64,000 nucleotides of DNA. It comes from Diplonema japonicum. Taxonomy: Eukaryota; Protista; Euglenozoa: Diplonemea. Positions 41,412-54,578 of this stretch are shown here, piece by piece. The stretch covers positions 310,001 to 374,000 of the forward strand of contig OZ025696.1 in assembly GCA_964019335.1 (NCBI GenBank), in the 5' to 3' direction. How positions within the stretch are numbered: position 1 is the stretch's first letter; each line of letters opens with the position of its first letter. The notes beneath the pieces were generated by a model, which did not search any database, was not told where the DNA came from, and was given only the letters and a program-made list of their open reading frames with translations. The translations under genes and the position numbers were made by a program.

Positions 41412-44400
41412 TCACTCGCCTCTGTCGTCTTGGAGCCTTTCGTAGTCGCGACGCAGCTCGTGCTGCGACACCCAGTAGGCGATGGGGGGCACCACGAAGC
41501 GGATAATGGTTACAATTGCGACAAGCACACAGATGATGCCAAGGAAGATGATGATATTGGTTGAGCTAGCTGAGTCTGTTGCGTAGGAGCGCCAGCCGTG
41601 TCCTTTGAGCACAACGAGCACGTTGACAGGAATCGACACGTAAATAATGGCAGTGAGGAGGGTGAGCCACGCCCCAATACCTGACGCCTTAGTGGCCTCA
41701 GGACGCTGCGTCAGCTTCAAGAACTTTAAGATGTCAGTGTGCAGCTCAATCGTCCCAGTGATCAGCGCGACTAACGGCGCCAAAGGCAGCACAGAAGCAA
41801 AGCACACCACATACGAAAACTGCAGCATCATCATCGTGTAATCATTGAACTCGTTCTCTTCCGATATCGGCGGCTTCATCGTTTCCATCACTATGGTCAT
41901 CTTGCTGTCTGTCTGCCGCCTCCTGATCGAGAAGAATCTGTCGAGAGGGTGTGGGTGCGGTGGGTTGGGCGGTAACTCCTGTGAAGGGGTGTACTCCTCT
42001 GGCGTGCTCGGATCAAACAAGTACACAAACGATCCAGACACACTGGTCATCCACAACGGTTCCCCAGCAATCTCACCTTCCAATTCCTCGTAGGGCAACA
42101 GCCAGCAATACCATCTCGCGCCTGCTTCACGGAGGGGCTTCAATGTCACAGGTTGGAACCGACCTTGTTGCCAGAGGGATTTCGTGAACTCCCACCGCCA
42201 TTGAACACTGGAATCGAACGCTAGGCCCTTTTCCCCTTGGGCAGCTGGGGCAACGGAGTTAACGGCAACAGTGTTGCCCTCGCTGTCCAAATACGCAAAG
42301 GCCCCGAAGAGTACAAGCTGAAGCGCGGCGAGCTCATCACTTCCTATCTTTAAAGCCTCTGCTTCGAACACAGCTTGAGCTAGAGGTATAGGTTTTTCCT
42401 CCGCATCGTACGCAACTTGCACGGTATCACTGAGACCGTAGATCCAGATGAACGAAACGGCTTGCACTGGGATGAGAGCGTCCTTTGTTGATATTTTTTT
42501 CCCCCCTTCTTTTTTTGCCCTTCTGACATACCCTTCTGTCTTCATTCGAGAGAGTGAGCTTTGCAGGTGGCGATGTGATACCTGTGACGTACCCTTTTGT
42601 TTTCTTGAGCATCACAGGTTGGGTGCCTTCTTCTACTATGACTTGTAAGATCGACTTGTTCGGTGATCCTCGTATGCTGGCCCAGTACCCGTGTCGGATT
42701 GGCGGCGTTGCGACGTTCGCCAACGGGAGGTGGAAGGCGATGCACTCACGGGTGTTCTTAACCTTGCAAAGCAGTTTCCCGCTAACCTCTTCTAGTTCAA
42801 ACACCGTATCTGGGTCGTCCTCCAGCTCCCATTCGCCGTTGTACGTGTTTGCCACCAAAGAGGACCAGTTCCCTTCCGTCGCGAGGCGGTATTTGTAGCA
42901 ACCAATGTGTTTCACTTTTTTGAGCGAGAAGAGCCCGTCTCCTGAGAGAGCGCCTTTCACAGAGGTGACCTTAAGGCACCCAAGAGACTGGGGGAACATT
43001 GAGCCCTGTTTGTTTTTCATTTTCTTGCGAGCTTGGCGGCGGCCGAGGATGATCTTCGGAAGTACCTTTTCGAAGAGAACGGAGAAAACGGATTGAATGA
43101 CAAGCTGCGTGGTCAGCTGTACCATTAAATCGGTTTGTCGGTGAGTTGATGTACACCTTCGTAAAAAGTTGACAGAAGGACAGGGTTCGGGGGGCACCAT
43201 GTCTGCAAGCTTGCATGCTGTATCGCAAGATGCCGCACAGTCGCAAACACGTTCCGGGTAGAGCCACACTGTGATCATCAACCCTGAGAAGCCGTTGATG
43301 AAACGGAAGATGAAGTTTTTCATAATGGCGGAGTTTTGCCGGCTTGACTTAGTCCGGTGGTTCTCGTACTCGTTTAGCTTTTCTGCGATGAGTGCGAAGA
43401 TAACGTCTAGAACCGTTACGGAAACGGCGTTTTGAACACCCAAAAGTGTTTTCTTCATGATGTTTGCCTTCCCGTAGGTGTTTCGAAGTACAACGTTGCC
43501 GACCATGACCATCACAACGCACGATGCCATCAGCGACGTGATGATGATGGACAGCAAGAAGCGTTTTCTTCTGTTCCCCGGTGTGAAGTAAGGTTCCGAC
43601 AACCCCGTGATGGGGTGCGGCCGCTTCTCCAGCGCGATGTTCCGCTTCAGAAACTCAGCCATCGGGGGTTCCCACTGCTCTACGTTCCTGACGTTCCACA
43701 TGTACGCTAGTTCAGATGCCTTTCGCATCCATCTCTGTCTAAAGGCTGATGCCCATATAAGCACCACAAACGCGTTCCAGATAACCACACTCTCTGATTC
43801 GTACAGTCCCATAACCGACTGTACAATCGTGAACACCATTCCCGACAAGAACAGCAACAGCAAGTACGAACAGTAGCAAGCGGTGAACGCGAAGTAAAAC
43901 GCGATTTTCGACCCAATATAGGCCTCGAGCTTTGTGAGCTGCGACAGATAAAAAGGTTTCAGATTCTTTTGTTCGATGCCTTCGCGGGTCTCCTCGGGCA
44001 TCCAGTACTCTGTGAAGTACACTGCCTTGCCGTGGTGGTGTACGCGGGCCCACTTCCCTTCCAGGTCCAAATGAATGACTTCAATGTCTGACCCCCGCTT
44101 GAGGTAGTCCACCTTTTGAATATCTTTCTTATCGTTGTAGTAAGGAATGTCAAACCGCGCCCTGTAGTGGTTCGCGCCCGACCTTGTCAGCAGCTCCACG
44201 CCGTTCTGTGTAACGGGGAGCCACCATTCTGTCATTGGGATCGATACGTTTGCCCATCCTCTGTAAAACCCGTGAACCATGACGCCTGTGCCTTTTTTAA
44301 CGGTTTTGGCCACGAGGGTCTCGGAGCTCTTGTCTCCCTTCATGTAGGCCGAGGAACGCTCTTTGAAGAACGGGACGTCGCGGGCCAGTTTTTGAAGCCG

Positions 44401-47400
44401 TTGCAACGCCTCCCACTTTGTCGATGTGTGTTCCTTCAAGGGCTCCAGGTTCAGAAATGTTTTCCGGTCGCAGACCATCTTCGTGCACGGGTCGAATTTC
44501 AGCTCCTCGGCCATCTCGTCCACCTCGTATAAAAACTCCTTCAGCGAGCAAAACGGCTGCCAACACCACGGTCTGAGAAGCGATTTCCACTTAAGCTCCC
44601 TGATATCCGGCTGCCACTCGTTCAAAACACTTTGCGATTCGTCATCGTTGTGCACTCCAAACACCTGCGTGATTCTTGTCTCCTGCACCAACAAGTCAAG
44701 CCATTTCTGTCCAGGTGGTAGATTCCCCGAAGTGTCGAAGTTGGGGGGCTTGTAAGCATGCGGCGCATCGGGTTCTAACCGGCCCGTCGCGCGGAAGGGT
44801 AGATCGTCCTTACCCATACCAGCGGCGGTCAGGATTTGTCGAAGGCCCCATAGGGCTCGGGTTTTTCGTTCTAAAAGGGTTTTTGACTCTTCTCGGGTTA
44901 AGGGAGAGTCTTCCCAAATGAAGTCGATGGAGGGCGTGGGGGTTTTCGATGCGGTGTTGACCCATATTCCTTTGTCGTGCCAGGGCCCGACGTCGTTGGA
45001 GCGCATTTCAAGGTACTCCTTTCCCTGATGCGAGATCGTCCAGAGGGAAGAGATTCCGGCAGAGTCGCCGGTGATGCCAAGGGACTCCTCAGCGTCGCCC
45101 ATCTTGGCACGTGTGAACCGCGTTTTCAATTTGAAACCGTTTCTTGTGTTCGTCCATGTCCAGAATAGATACGCAGACTTGACATCGTCCCTGCAGTACA
45201 CTCCGTCGATCTCCTTGAATGCGGGGGCTAAAATGCGGAATTTCTCAGGGGTTCCGTCGGGCAAGCTTGCCACGATGTGTTCCAGCCTTCTTGCCATGTC
45301 GTAGGAAGGCCGTCCTAGCTGCGGTTGTCTGTCTGTCAGCAAGGCGTAGACGATGTCGCTGCATTCATCGACAACAACCCATTTAGGCTCGGTGGTCTTT
45401 TCGTCTAAGGGAGTGATCGTAACCTGGTCTATCTTCCAGCAGCCTCCTCTGAACTTATCGCTGTCTTTCCCTTTCTTCGCGAATCGAAGCCACTCGAACT
45501 CCTTCAACGTTGGTGGGCGTCCGTTGTGCGGGGTCGTGCACTTTAGAAGACACTTCCCGTTGGCAAACAGACCCCACCGGCCTTTGCTGTCTTCCTTTAG
45601 AACCTTACGCTGTCCGTTGACTTGCTTCCACCGTGGGTTGGCCAACCCCATAGAACGATCGAATTCATAGTCACCAGAGACTTGCATGACACTGCACGCA
45701 ACCTTAACAGATAAGGGGTACAATGCGTAGTGGCCGTAGTGCTGCCATTGCTTGGAGCGTATCCACTCGACGTCTTCGAATTCTGCGTTGGGGTTGTGTA
45801 GGACTGCTTCGGTGATGTGGTTTCCCGCGGTGTGTAATTTCAGATCGAGGATGGGCCACGAGAAGGAGTTCACGATGTTCGCCGAGATCGAATGTTTTTC
45901 CTTCGAAAGCAGCTCGTCCGCGACAGAACCGCAGCGCAGGTAAGGGTATCTTTTACACGTTAAAAGCTGTCGGCGTTCCGACCCGCTGACGACGACGTAC
46001 ACATCGCGGACCTCCTCCGTCTCGGACTCAGTGTCGCTGTCGAGCTTCGGCTCGGTCTCTCGGTTTGTATTGCTCAGGTTGTCCTGCTCCTCCAGCTTTT
46101 TCTCCTCCATCTCCAGAAAGTCCACCACGTGCTGTTTCTTCTTTATGGTCGAGTCGCGAAGCTGTGCAAGCTTCTTCTCCCGTTTCTTTTGCATCTTTTG
46201 AATCAGCTTCTTGTCGCCGTCGTCGTCCATCTCGGTTGACGCACAGTCCACGATAAACCCGCCTAAATCGAGGCAGTTCAAGCCGTGCAAAACTGCGTTG
46301 ACGCCAATCGGACCGCAGGTATCGCCAGGACAGCAGTTTTTCAAAACCTTCGACAGGTCGAAATCGAGTACGCGGCGTACTTTCAAAGCGATGACGAGAT
46401 CGATCTGATCGTCGGGGGGCATGTACCCGGATGACTGTTGCTGTTCTTGTTCTCGCCGTCCGAGGATAACGTGGCAGTCATGTGAGGACGTGTAGTGCCT
46501 TGCGGTTCTCCCGTTTTTGTCCTCCATGATCCCTGACCCGACCGTGTCCCTGTAAGCATCGTTGTTCAGCAGCCATTGCACTGATTTGGCATTGTTGCAC
46601 GCAGCTGCAACGTGAAGCAGTGACACTTTGTGAGCAACGCTACCATCGAGCATCGCGTCGAAGGCGTGGTCCAAGCGCATGACCTGGCTGAGGCGTTCGA
46701 AGTCATCCGGTTCGGCGTTTGCACCATTTGAGAACAGGATCAATGCGATCTCCACCAAGGCGATCATCATCCTGTTGTGCCTGCAGCTTTCCAAGATCAC
46801 ATCGTCCAAGGAGTTCCTGTAGAAGTAATTCTTGTTGTTCACATCGCGGTCCCGCATCAACTCCACGTACGCCGTCCCCGTCAGTAAAGGGCTATTGTCG
46901 ATCAGCCTCTCAAGGTTCTCTCCCGCGAGCTCTTGAATCTGCTTGCTTATCTCCAGCGCGACAGTTCTGATCGGTTTGTTAGCGGTGTGCGTGAAATTTG
47001 CGGAGACCTTCTTGTCCTTCACAAGCCACTCCACTGCTTCGACCCACCCGTACTCAGCTGCGATTTCCAAGGTACAGGCAGCCGATTCAAACTCCTTGCA
47101 ATTGTTGTAAATCGACTTAAAGATTTCCAGATTCTCAATAGGCGGAGGGGCCGAGTTGGTTGGCGCCGTCAAAAACTGTGAGTACGCTATGCACAGGTCG
47201 ACCTTCAAAAGATGCTGGTGCGACATGAAAAGCTCGGAGAAGAACGTCATGTCAGTCTGCGATTCCAACGTCATCACGATAGCCTCCTTGTAAAGCTCCA
47301 GCGGAAGCAGACCAAGCGTGTATTTCTCTTCTTCTAAAAGCTCATTCACAGCCTGCTGCAACGTCGGCCCCACGGTTTCAACAGAATGTGCTTTGTTTAA

Positions 47401-50400
47401 ACCGCGAAGGAGATGGCGGAGGACGTACCACTCAGGAGGCACATCTGGGTCTGTAACACCTTGTTTCGAGTAATATTCCCATCGAGGGCGTAGTACTTGA
47501 AGGCTTTGAAGCAAAGCCGACTTCAAGCTATCACCGCATATGTAAGGCAACGTCCTCATATGATAACCTTCTATGGCGTCGAGGTCGATCATCAGCCCGA
47601 CCACCTCAGGCCACGCCATACCCACAACATGCATGAAATCGACGTGGAGCATTCTGCCGCACGATGCCGGGCCTCTCCAAGTGTTCTCGACATCTGTCTG
47701 ATTGACCCATTCGATGTTGGACTCGTTATTCTGGATCATGCCTTCCCACTTTTCTTCGGTGAGAGCTGAAAAGTGTACTTTGTACCGCTGCCCTTGTTCG
47801 TCAAGTGAGATAACATCGCCTGTCTGCCTGTACAGGTGGGACTTCGGTTCGGATACAACAATCTTCCATTCCAACAATTTTCTCAAGAGTAGTTTAGCAA
47901 CCGCGCACTGAGCTGGTATATTATTGCCTTTTGTGATGTGCCGAATAACGGCTTTTCCAAGATGCTGTTCATCTGGTTGCGCAAAGTTCTCCAAAAGAAG
48001 TTCTATCATCTTCGTTGAAGGTGATGGGTGCGACACTGCAACGGTCAGCGCTTTGGACCTTCTTACAAATCCTGCGCGGTCCTGCAGGCTGGAGCTCACA
48101 CGAGAGCTGGCTCGTCGCTTCGTCTCGATGATCTGTTTCACAGAGGGAAGGGACCGCCCCACACGAGGGGATGTTAACTCTTCGTTGTTAGGTTGAGGTT
48201 CCGTGTCGCCTTCGCTCGATGTGAACTCTAGACCTTTTTGTTGAAACAGATACTCCACCATTTGCAGGCCTGCGTCTTGAAGACCGCCCTCCAACCCGCA
48301 CAGGATCGACAGGACAGAACGACCATTCCTGTCGAACTTATCGACGATGGCTCGGCGGCTTAACAATTGTTTGAAAAGTTCGACATGCCCGCCTCGTGCT
48401 GTTTCCATCAACGGGGTCGAACCGTGGGAGTTTTCGGTGTTGACATCAGCTTGGTATTCGTCGAGAAGGGTGATGACCTCTCTGTTCCACCCTCGGCGTG
48501 CGTACATGCACAGGTCGTAGAGGTGGTCTGTGACATCGCCTGTCAGACGTGACCAGTTGTCGCGGAGGAGTCGGACGATCGACTCCGAGGCGGCCCACTT
48601 CCCAACCGACTTCCCTTGTTTCGTATTCGATGGATCTGCACGTTTCAACAGTTCTTGCACGATATGGTAACGCCGCCCTGCTGCCGCTGCGCACAAAGCT
48701 GCGGAGCATGGGTGCTGTAAGTCTGTCACAGCGACGTCAAGCAGTGAACGTGTGCCTGGGACGGAGATGGACGCACGGCGTGCAAGGAACTGTGTGATGG
48801 GAGGGTTCACGATCTCCGACGGGAAATACTTCGGGTTCAAAACGAAGTTCACGAGGTTCAAGTCGCCGCCGCGTGCCGCTAGCTCCAAGATGCTGACCCC
48901 GTCCTCGTCGCGAAAATGGGAATGCAACAGCTCGCCCTGGTCGACCTTCTTCAGCATCTCCAGGATCTCGATGGCAGCTTCCTCGTTCGCGACGTCTGAA
49001 AACTTCGAATACGACACCACGTCGCTCTCCGAGACGGTGATAGGATCGTACACCCGTAGCTCCTGTCCTGCTGTTTTGCGGATACCCTCCTTAGTCACGG
49101 TGCACCCACGCAGCCTCTGCACGGTATCGCAGCGCTGCGTCGTGCTGTCCTCGTCTGAGTCTGTGATGTACATCTTTTGGTATAGGTACAGCTTCGACAT
49201 CGATGCCCCTAGGTTAATGTGTATAGGAAGCTGTGGCTCCGATGACTTAATCAGAACGGAGCGGCCCTTTTCCAAACAACCGTCGTTTTTCACTTCGAAT
49301 AGCAACTCGTGAAATGGTAAGATTTGCACTTTCCCGGACAGCCCCAAAGGGGACCATTGGACAAGGCCCATGAAGTCTGGCGTCTGCGGTTTGTACCGAG
49401 TGCTGTCCACGCCGTCGATCTGCTTCGCGATGCCCTTCACCCACCCGGGTTTTGGCTTCACCACGCCCCATTGTTCGAGCTCGTCTTTCGTGATTAATTT
49501 GAAAGCGGTGATGCCGCGTTTTAGGTCGCTGGTCCGTTCTGAAACGGCTTCGAAACGCTTGGCAAAGAGCCAGCCTAGCACAGTGCGGCCTGTTTGATAC
49601 CCGCTGTATTTCTCACTGTTTGTCGATTTCTGCCCGCAAAGCTGGTTCCATTTCTGTTTGTACTCACGCGTGTCTTTGCACCTCGACATGAAGCACTTCA
49701 GAGTCTGGACAACGAGGTCGAACTTACCTTCTCTGGCAAGGTTTGCCAAGTTCGGTGTCAAGCCGTTCTGCTGAATCAACACAAGCTGCACGCGTTGATC
49801 CGTGGCTAGAGCAACCGGGCTGACACGTTCGCCTGTTTCAGGGTCAATGTCCATTTCGTCTTCTTCACACCATTTCTTATCCCCAACCTTCTCATTTAAG
49901 TACTTGATAACCTCTAAGCAGTTCAGTTTCGCGGCAGCCGCGAGGACGCCGTTTGCCTGTATCAGCAACACAGCGTCTTTCCTTTTGAGGAGTTCCTTCA
50001 TAACGTTGAACCGGATGTTGTTCTTGGTTTCTTCCGTGAGCCCGTAGTGTTCCTGTAGATCGAGCTTTGCTTCGATCGCCATCACTAAAACGGACTTTCC
50101 TTCGGAACTTGTTTGCAGGAGGTCCGCGCCGCACCCCACTAGTAGTTCTACCATTTCTGCGTCCCCACGGTGTATCGCATGCATTAAGGCGGAGACTTTA
50201 CCCGGTGTCGGCACAGGGGCCGACATTGTCTTGTCTGGCTTTGTCAACGCTTCTTTCAAAACGTCGCGCCAGCCCCTCTCCGCCACCAGCGCAGGCTGGA
50301 CGTTGACGTTCAGTTTCGCCAACGCCATCACCATGTCCTTTACATTGTCACTCGTTTGCTCTAAGATCAGCTCGACGGACGTCTTCCCCGCCATGGTTTC

Positions 50401-52917
50401 TTCAAAGTTCAGAATATTCCGCTTCCCGCAGCCTTTCTTATGATGGTCAAGGAGAAGGTCCAGCAACTCGCGGTGTGCTCTCTGGCAAACGCGCGGCAGT
50501 GCAAGTGTCCCCTTCAGAAACACACCGCTTTCATCATGTTCGTAGTTCAGAAGTTCCGATGCGACATGAATATCCTGATTGAGGCCGCACGCGATGCCTA
50601 TGGGGTACTCGCCTGAAGCTGTGCGCACGTTGGGGTTGCAACGGTTCACCTCCAGCAAGAGTTTGACCACCTCGAGGTCCTCCCTAGCGACGGCTAATGA
50701 GAGGGCAGTGTCCCCGTTGTCGTCCCATGCTTGCCAGTCGCCAACAACGTTGCTCAGCAAACTCAGCCACCCGTTCCTCTGCGGCTCGGAGTCCGTGTGG
50801 AAGGCACGTGCGACAATGGTGACAGGCAGCATGTCGATGGTCATATCTCCTCCGTCTGCGGCGCTGTGCTGCATCAGCGCCAGTACAAGGCGGTAGTCAC
50901 GCGCCACACACTGGGGCAGTATCCCCCTGTGTTTTTGCGTAGCGCACGCACCGCCCATCTGCAGCAAGTACTTTGTGATGTCTAACAGGTTCTCTTCGAC
51001 GGCGGCCCACAGCGCTTGGGAGTTCTCAACCATGACGCCGTTCTTGATCAGGAGGTGCACCATCTTCAGCTTCTGCGTCCGCTCGACCTTCGCCTTCACT
51101 GTGATGTAAAGAGGATGCTGGCTTGCTTTGTGCGGCTGCCTGGCGATAGCTTTGCCTTCTTTTTTAGAGAGCAACAGCTGCAGGATGTCCATCCTGCCCA
51201 ATTTGCACGCCCACCCAACGGCGCTGAGCCCCCTGTCGGGTGGCGAGGTTTCCGTCCAGAAAAAGGGGTCGCTTTTCTTCTTGCTGATGAGGAAAGCAAC
51301 GACGTCGTTCCAAGACTTAGCCTTGCTGGTCTGCGACAGGCGGACAGCACGTGCAAGGGGGAAGTCCATGTCGTAGTGGAGGAAGAAGCGGAGCACGTCT
51401 GGGTCTGTGACGTGCTTGATAGCCTCGAGGCCGTCGACCCAGTCGTGTAGGTCACAAATAGAGTTCACGATGCCCATCCGTACTAGCATCTTCAGAGCGT
51501 CAAGGTTGCCGTGCCGTGCAGCGAGGGCAACGACCTGTGATCCTGACAGAGGGGCGTCCTTTGAGATGACGCCATGTGGAAGAGGCCTTTCCGACTTGGC
51601 CTTGTCCCACCGTTCCTCGCTTTCGAACTCTGACCGTGCGACGTACATTCCGTTGTTCCCCACCCGTCTTGGTTCCGACAGCCGCTGCATCACTAGTGGG
51701 CAGCAACACTCTTGGTGGCGTTCGATGTTTCGCAGCCGTATCCATTCCAAGTGCACGCCGACCAGCAAGCTCGACACGTTGGCGTCGTTTTGTCCATCGT
51801 CGGGCAGCAGGTGGTGCAGGTTCTCCCCACTGAACCACGCGTTCAACCGCTTGTTCCACCGAAGCTTCGCGTTCCAGCAGAGCTCCCCGGTTTCCTTATG
51901 GACCTTGTCGCGGAGGAGCACGTTGAACCCGCCCTGAAGGGTGTTCCGGCCTTGAATCATCCCTGTCCGGAAGCTCATCCATCCGGGGAGAAAGACCTCC
52001 ACAGAACATCCGGGGAAAAGACGGCCTTCGGTGGCACCACGAAGACGGTTTGGAGGCTGCATGGGGACACGGATGTCCTCATGGTTAAGCCCCTTCGCGA
52101 TGACGATGCTGGAACGGGACTTCAAACGGATGTCAAAGCCACCCCTAGGATTGAAGGCGGTCACAACACCCGCACGCCATACTATCCAGGCTTCGTTGTC
52201 GTAGTCGGGGAAGAGTACTGTCATCCCGAGCTGGATCTCTCTGGGGTAGGGTGTGTCAGGGCAGATGTCCAAGGGGTGGGTGTTCTTCATGACGACGTGC
52301 TGGCCGTCGGCTTCGAATTTCACGTCATAAACAGTGACCCCACCGACGTCGATGAGCGTGTCATTGCAGCTGATGATGGTAGCTTCCCGCCATACATTAG
52401 GATCGGTGGTACGAATGAGAACCCCGTCACCTCTTTCCAACCAATATTGCATTTTTGTTGTAGATGGTGCAGAGTTGTCTGGTGCAGCTTTGACCGCCAG
52501 GGCTAAAGGTGATCTGCCTGCTTTGTCTAAAAGGTCAAGACGTGCTCCGGCTCGCAGGAGATGGTCGATGATGTCGAGCTGGACTTGGGTAGGGAGGTGG
52601 TAGCATTGCACCGCGACCATGAGGGGACTTTCGTTCCACCCGGAGGACCCGGTCAACGAGCTTTCGTCTATGAGGGTGTCGCCGCACCTTTCCCTGCATA
52701 TCTGTCGCACCACGGCCACTTGCCCACGGTGTATCGCCTCGTGCAGCCCCAGCCGAGGTCGCCGCAGAATACCCTTCCTAAGCATGATGCCCGTTATGTC
52801 ACCGTCATCTTCTTCATCGACATCACCCAATCCCAGCGCTGCTGCGTCTTGGTATCCTTTCGACTCTATCGTGTCTGTTCCAAATTTGACAGGTTCCGGG
52901 TGGACTTTCGCTGCCAT
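41412..52917 (-). CDS. Giant (~3,818 aa) ankyrin-repeat anoctamin/TMEM16-family protein; exons 52917-42532 and 42482-41412
   Basis: Many ankyrin repeats (GRSPLALAV, GDTALSLAV, GSTPLMETARGGH). Anoctamin motifs YIGSKIAFYFAF, ENHRT, FIFRFIN, DY..MMLQFSYV.CFA..PLAP, IELHTD..KF, RP...ASGIGAW. A 49-bp GTATGT..AAAG phase-0 intron joins the two ORFs. Confidence 0.88.
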
Positions 52918-53049
52918 TTTGTTTTTTTCTTTTTTATGAGGGAGGGGGGAGTTTCGCAACCCCTCCTCACGCCCCGCTTTTTTGTTTTTTTTTTTTTTCT
53001 CGGAAAAAAAAAAAATGAAGAAAAAAACTTGTGTACAATCTTTTTTGTT

Positions 53050-54001
53050 TTATTCAGGAGGGGTTTCTAACGCTGCCAGCCGTGCTAGCAGAGCTTCCTG
53101 CCGTTGTTTCAAAGTGGCCCGGACGTCGGTTTGCAGTGCTTTGAAGCTCTCCTGTGCGGCAGACTCGGGGAGTTCGAGCTGCATGGCGCGTTCTTCTTCC
53201 TGCCGCTCGGCGATCTTCCTCGCTGCGAGCTCCTCTTCCTCCTTCTTGCGTTGTGCTTCTTCGACTTCGCTCTGCTCCTGTTTTCTCAGTGCTGCAACCT
53301 GTTCCCTGTAAGCCGCCTGCTTCGCCTCAACACGCGCCTCGGCGAGTTCCTCCTTCACGCTAAAATTCAGAGCCTGCGGTACCGCAGGCTGCTCCACCAT
53401 AACAGAAACACTACATTCTTCAGGGTCGGCTTGGGGTGTTGTGAAAACCTCTTGGAACAACTGGTAGTGCTGAAAAACCCCTGATGTAATGGCTTCCGCT
53501 ATGCATGCAATATCGTCCGTCTGAGAATAGAGGGGGGGGGGGGGGGGGGGCATACTTTAAAAAAAAGAAAAAAAATAGAAATACCGAAAAGGAGGTAGCT
53601 GCATCATTGTCATTGGAATACCGGGTTAGCATTGTCTTGAGCTTAAGCTTCATTTCGCACAGGTCGGCTGCCGAATTGATAAGGAGGTACAGTTGTTGCA
53701 TGTCTTGCAGGTACTTGGAAAGCTTTTCGCTGCTCCAGCCGCGATCTCGACCCATGACAAAATGCTCCAGCCACCATCCCACTGTCAACGCACCCCGTAA
53801 GTTAACTTCGTAGTCGGTGGCGTGGACCTCTTTCGCGATGGATATCCTTCTCGTCGACCCCTCTACGTCCCCAGCATTCAGGGCTTCCAACACTTCCTTA
53901 ATGAAAGGAACGTCGCACACGCTGTGCACTGCTTTCGGTTCCACAGGCTCTTCCTCCTTTGCAGGATTGATGCTGCTCCTTGGACGTTGTTTTGGTGGCA
54001 T
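53050..54001 (-). CDS. CFAP119/CCDC189-like flagellar protein (C1a-32/CLAMP domain); exons 54001-53585 and 53520-53050
   Basis: WSSEKLSKYL and FS|TDDIACIAEAITSGVFQHYQLFQEVFT motifs, C-terminal coiled coil; 64-bp GT-AG intron with pyrimidine tract. Confidence 0.7.
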
Positions 54002-54578
54002 TTTCTTTTTTTTTTTTTTAATATACTTTTCTCCCTTTTCTTTTTTTTTTATATTATTAATAGTTGTAGGTCTTGGGTTTTCCGGTGGCAAAAAGGAATA
54101 TACAAAAAGTGTACAATTGTAAGTATTGTTATCAGAAAACACAATTATTTTGCACCATTATCCATTGACACGGTGGTAACGGGTAGCTGTCCAGACGAGC
54201 GGACTGCAGAAGAACGCTATTATCCCCACAATCCCATTTGGGCAGAGGCCGCATTTAGCCTCGTCCATAGATGAAGAATGCCCCACTCGTCGTGATTACC
54301 GCCATTGCCGCACAACTCCCATGTTTTCTTGGGGAGGGAAAATACTCATTTTCTTCTGAGGTATGATGAAGACGAAAAACGTATTTAAAAAAAAAAAAAA
54401 AGAAGAAAATAACAACAACAGAAGTAAAAAAAAAAAAAAAAAATGTATTTTTGAGTAATAAAAAAAAAGGGGTTAAGACAGCCCCCGTCCAAACCCCCCC
54501 CACTCCTTTCATATTATATATTGTATCCTCCTCTCCCCAAAAGAAGAAAAATCGGGAGGGACCCCCCTTTCCATGTGT

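Noticed and set aside
640-54000. Long plus-strand ORFs (e.g. 2579-3853, 11634-12800, 13601-15595, 21412-22431, 24973-26358)
   Set aside because: Antisense shadows of GC-rich or repetitive minus-strand genes; no independent motifs.
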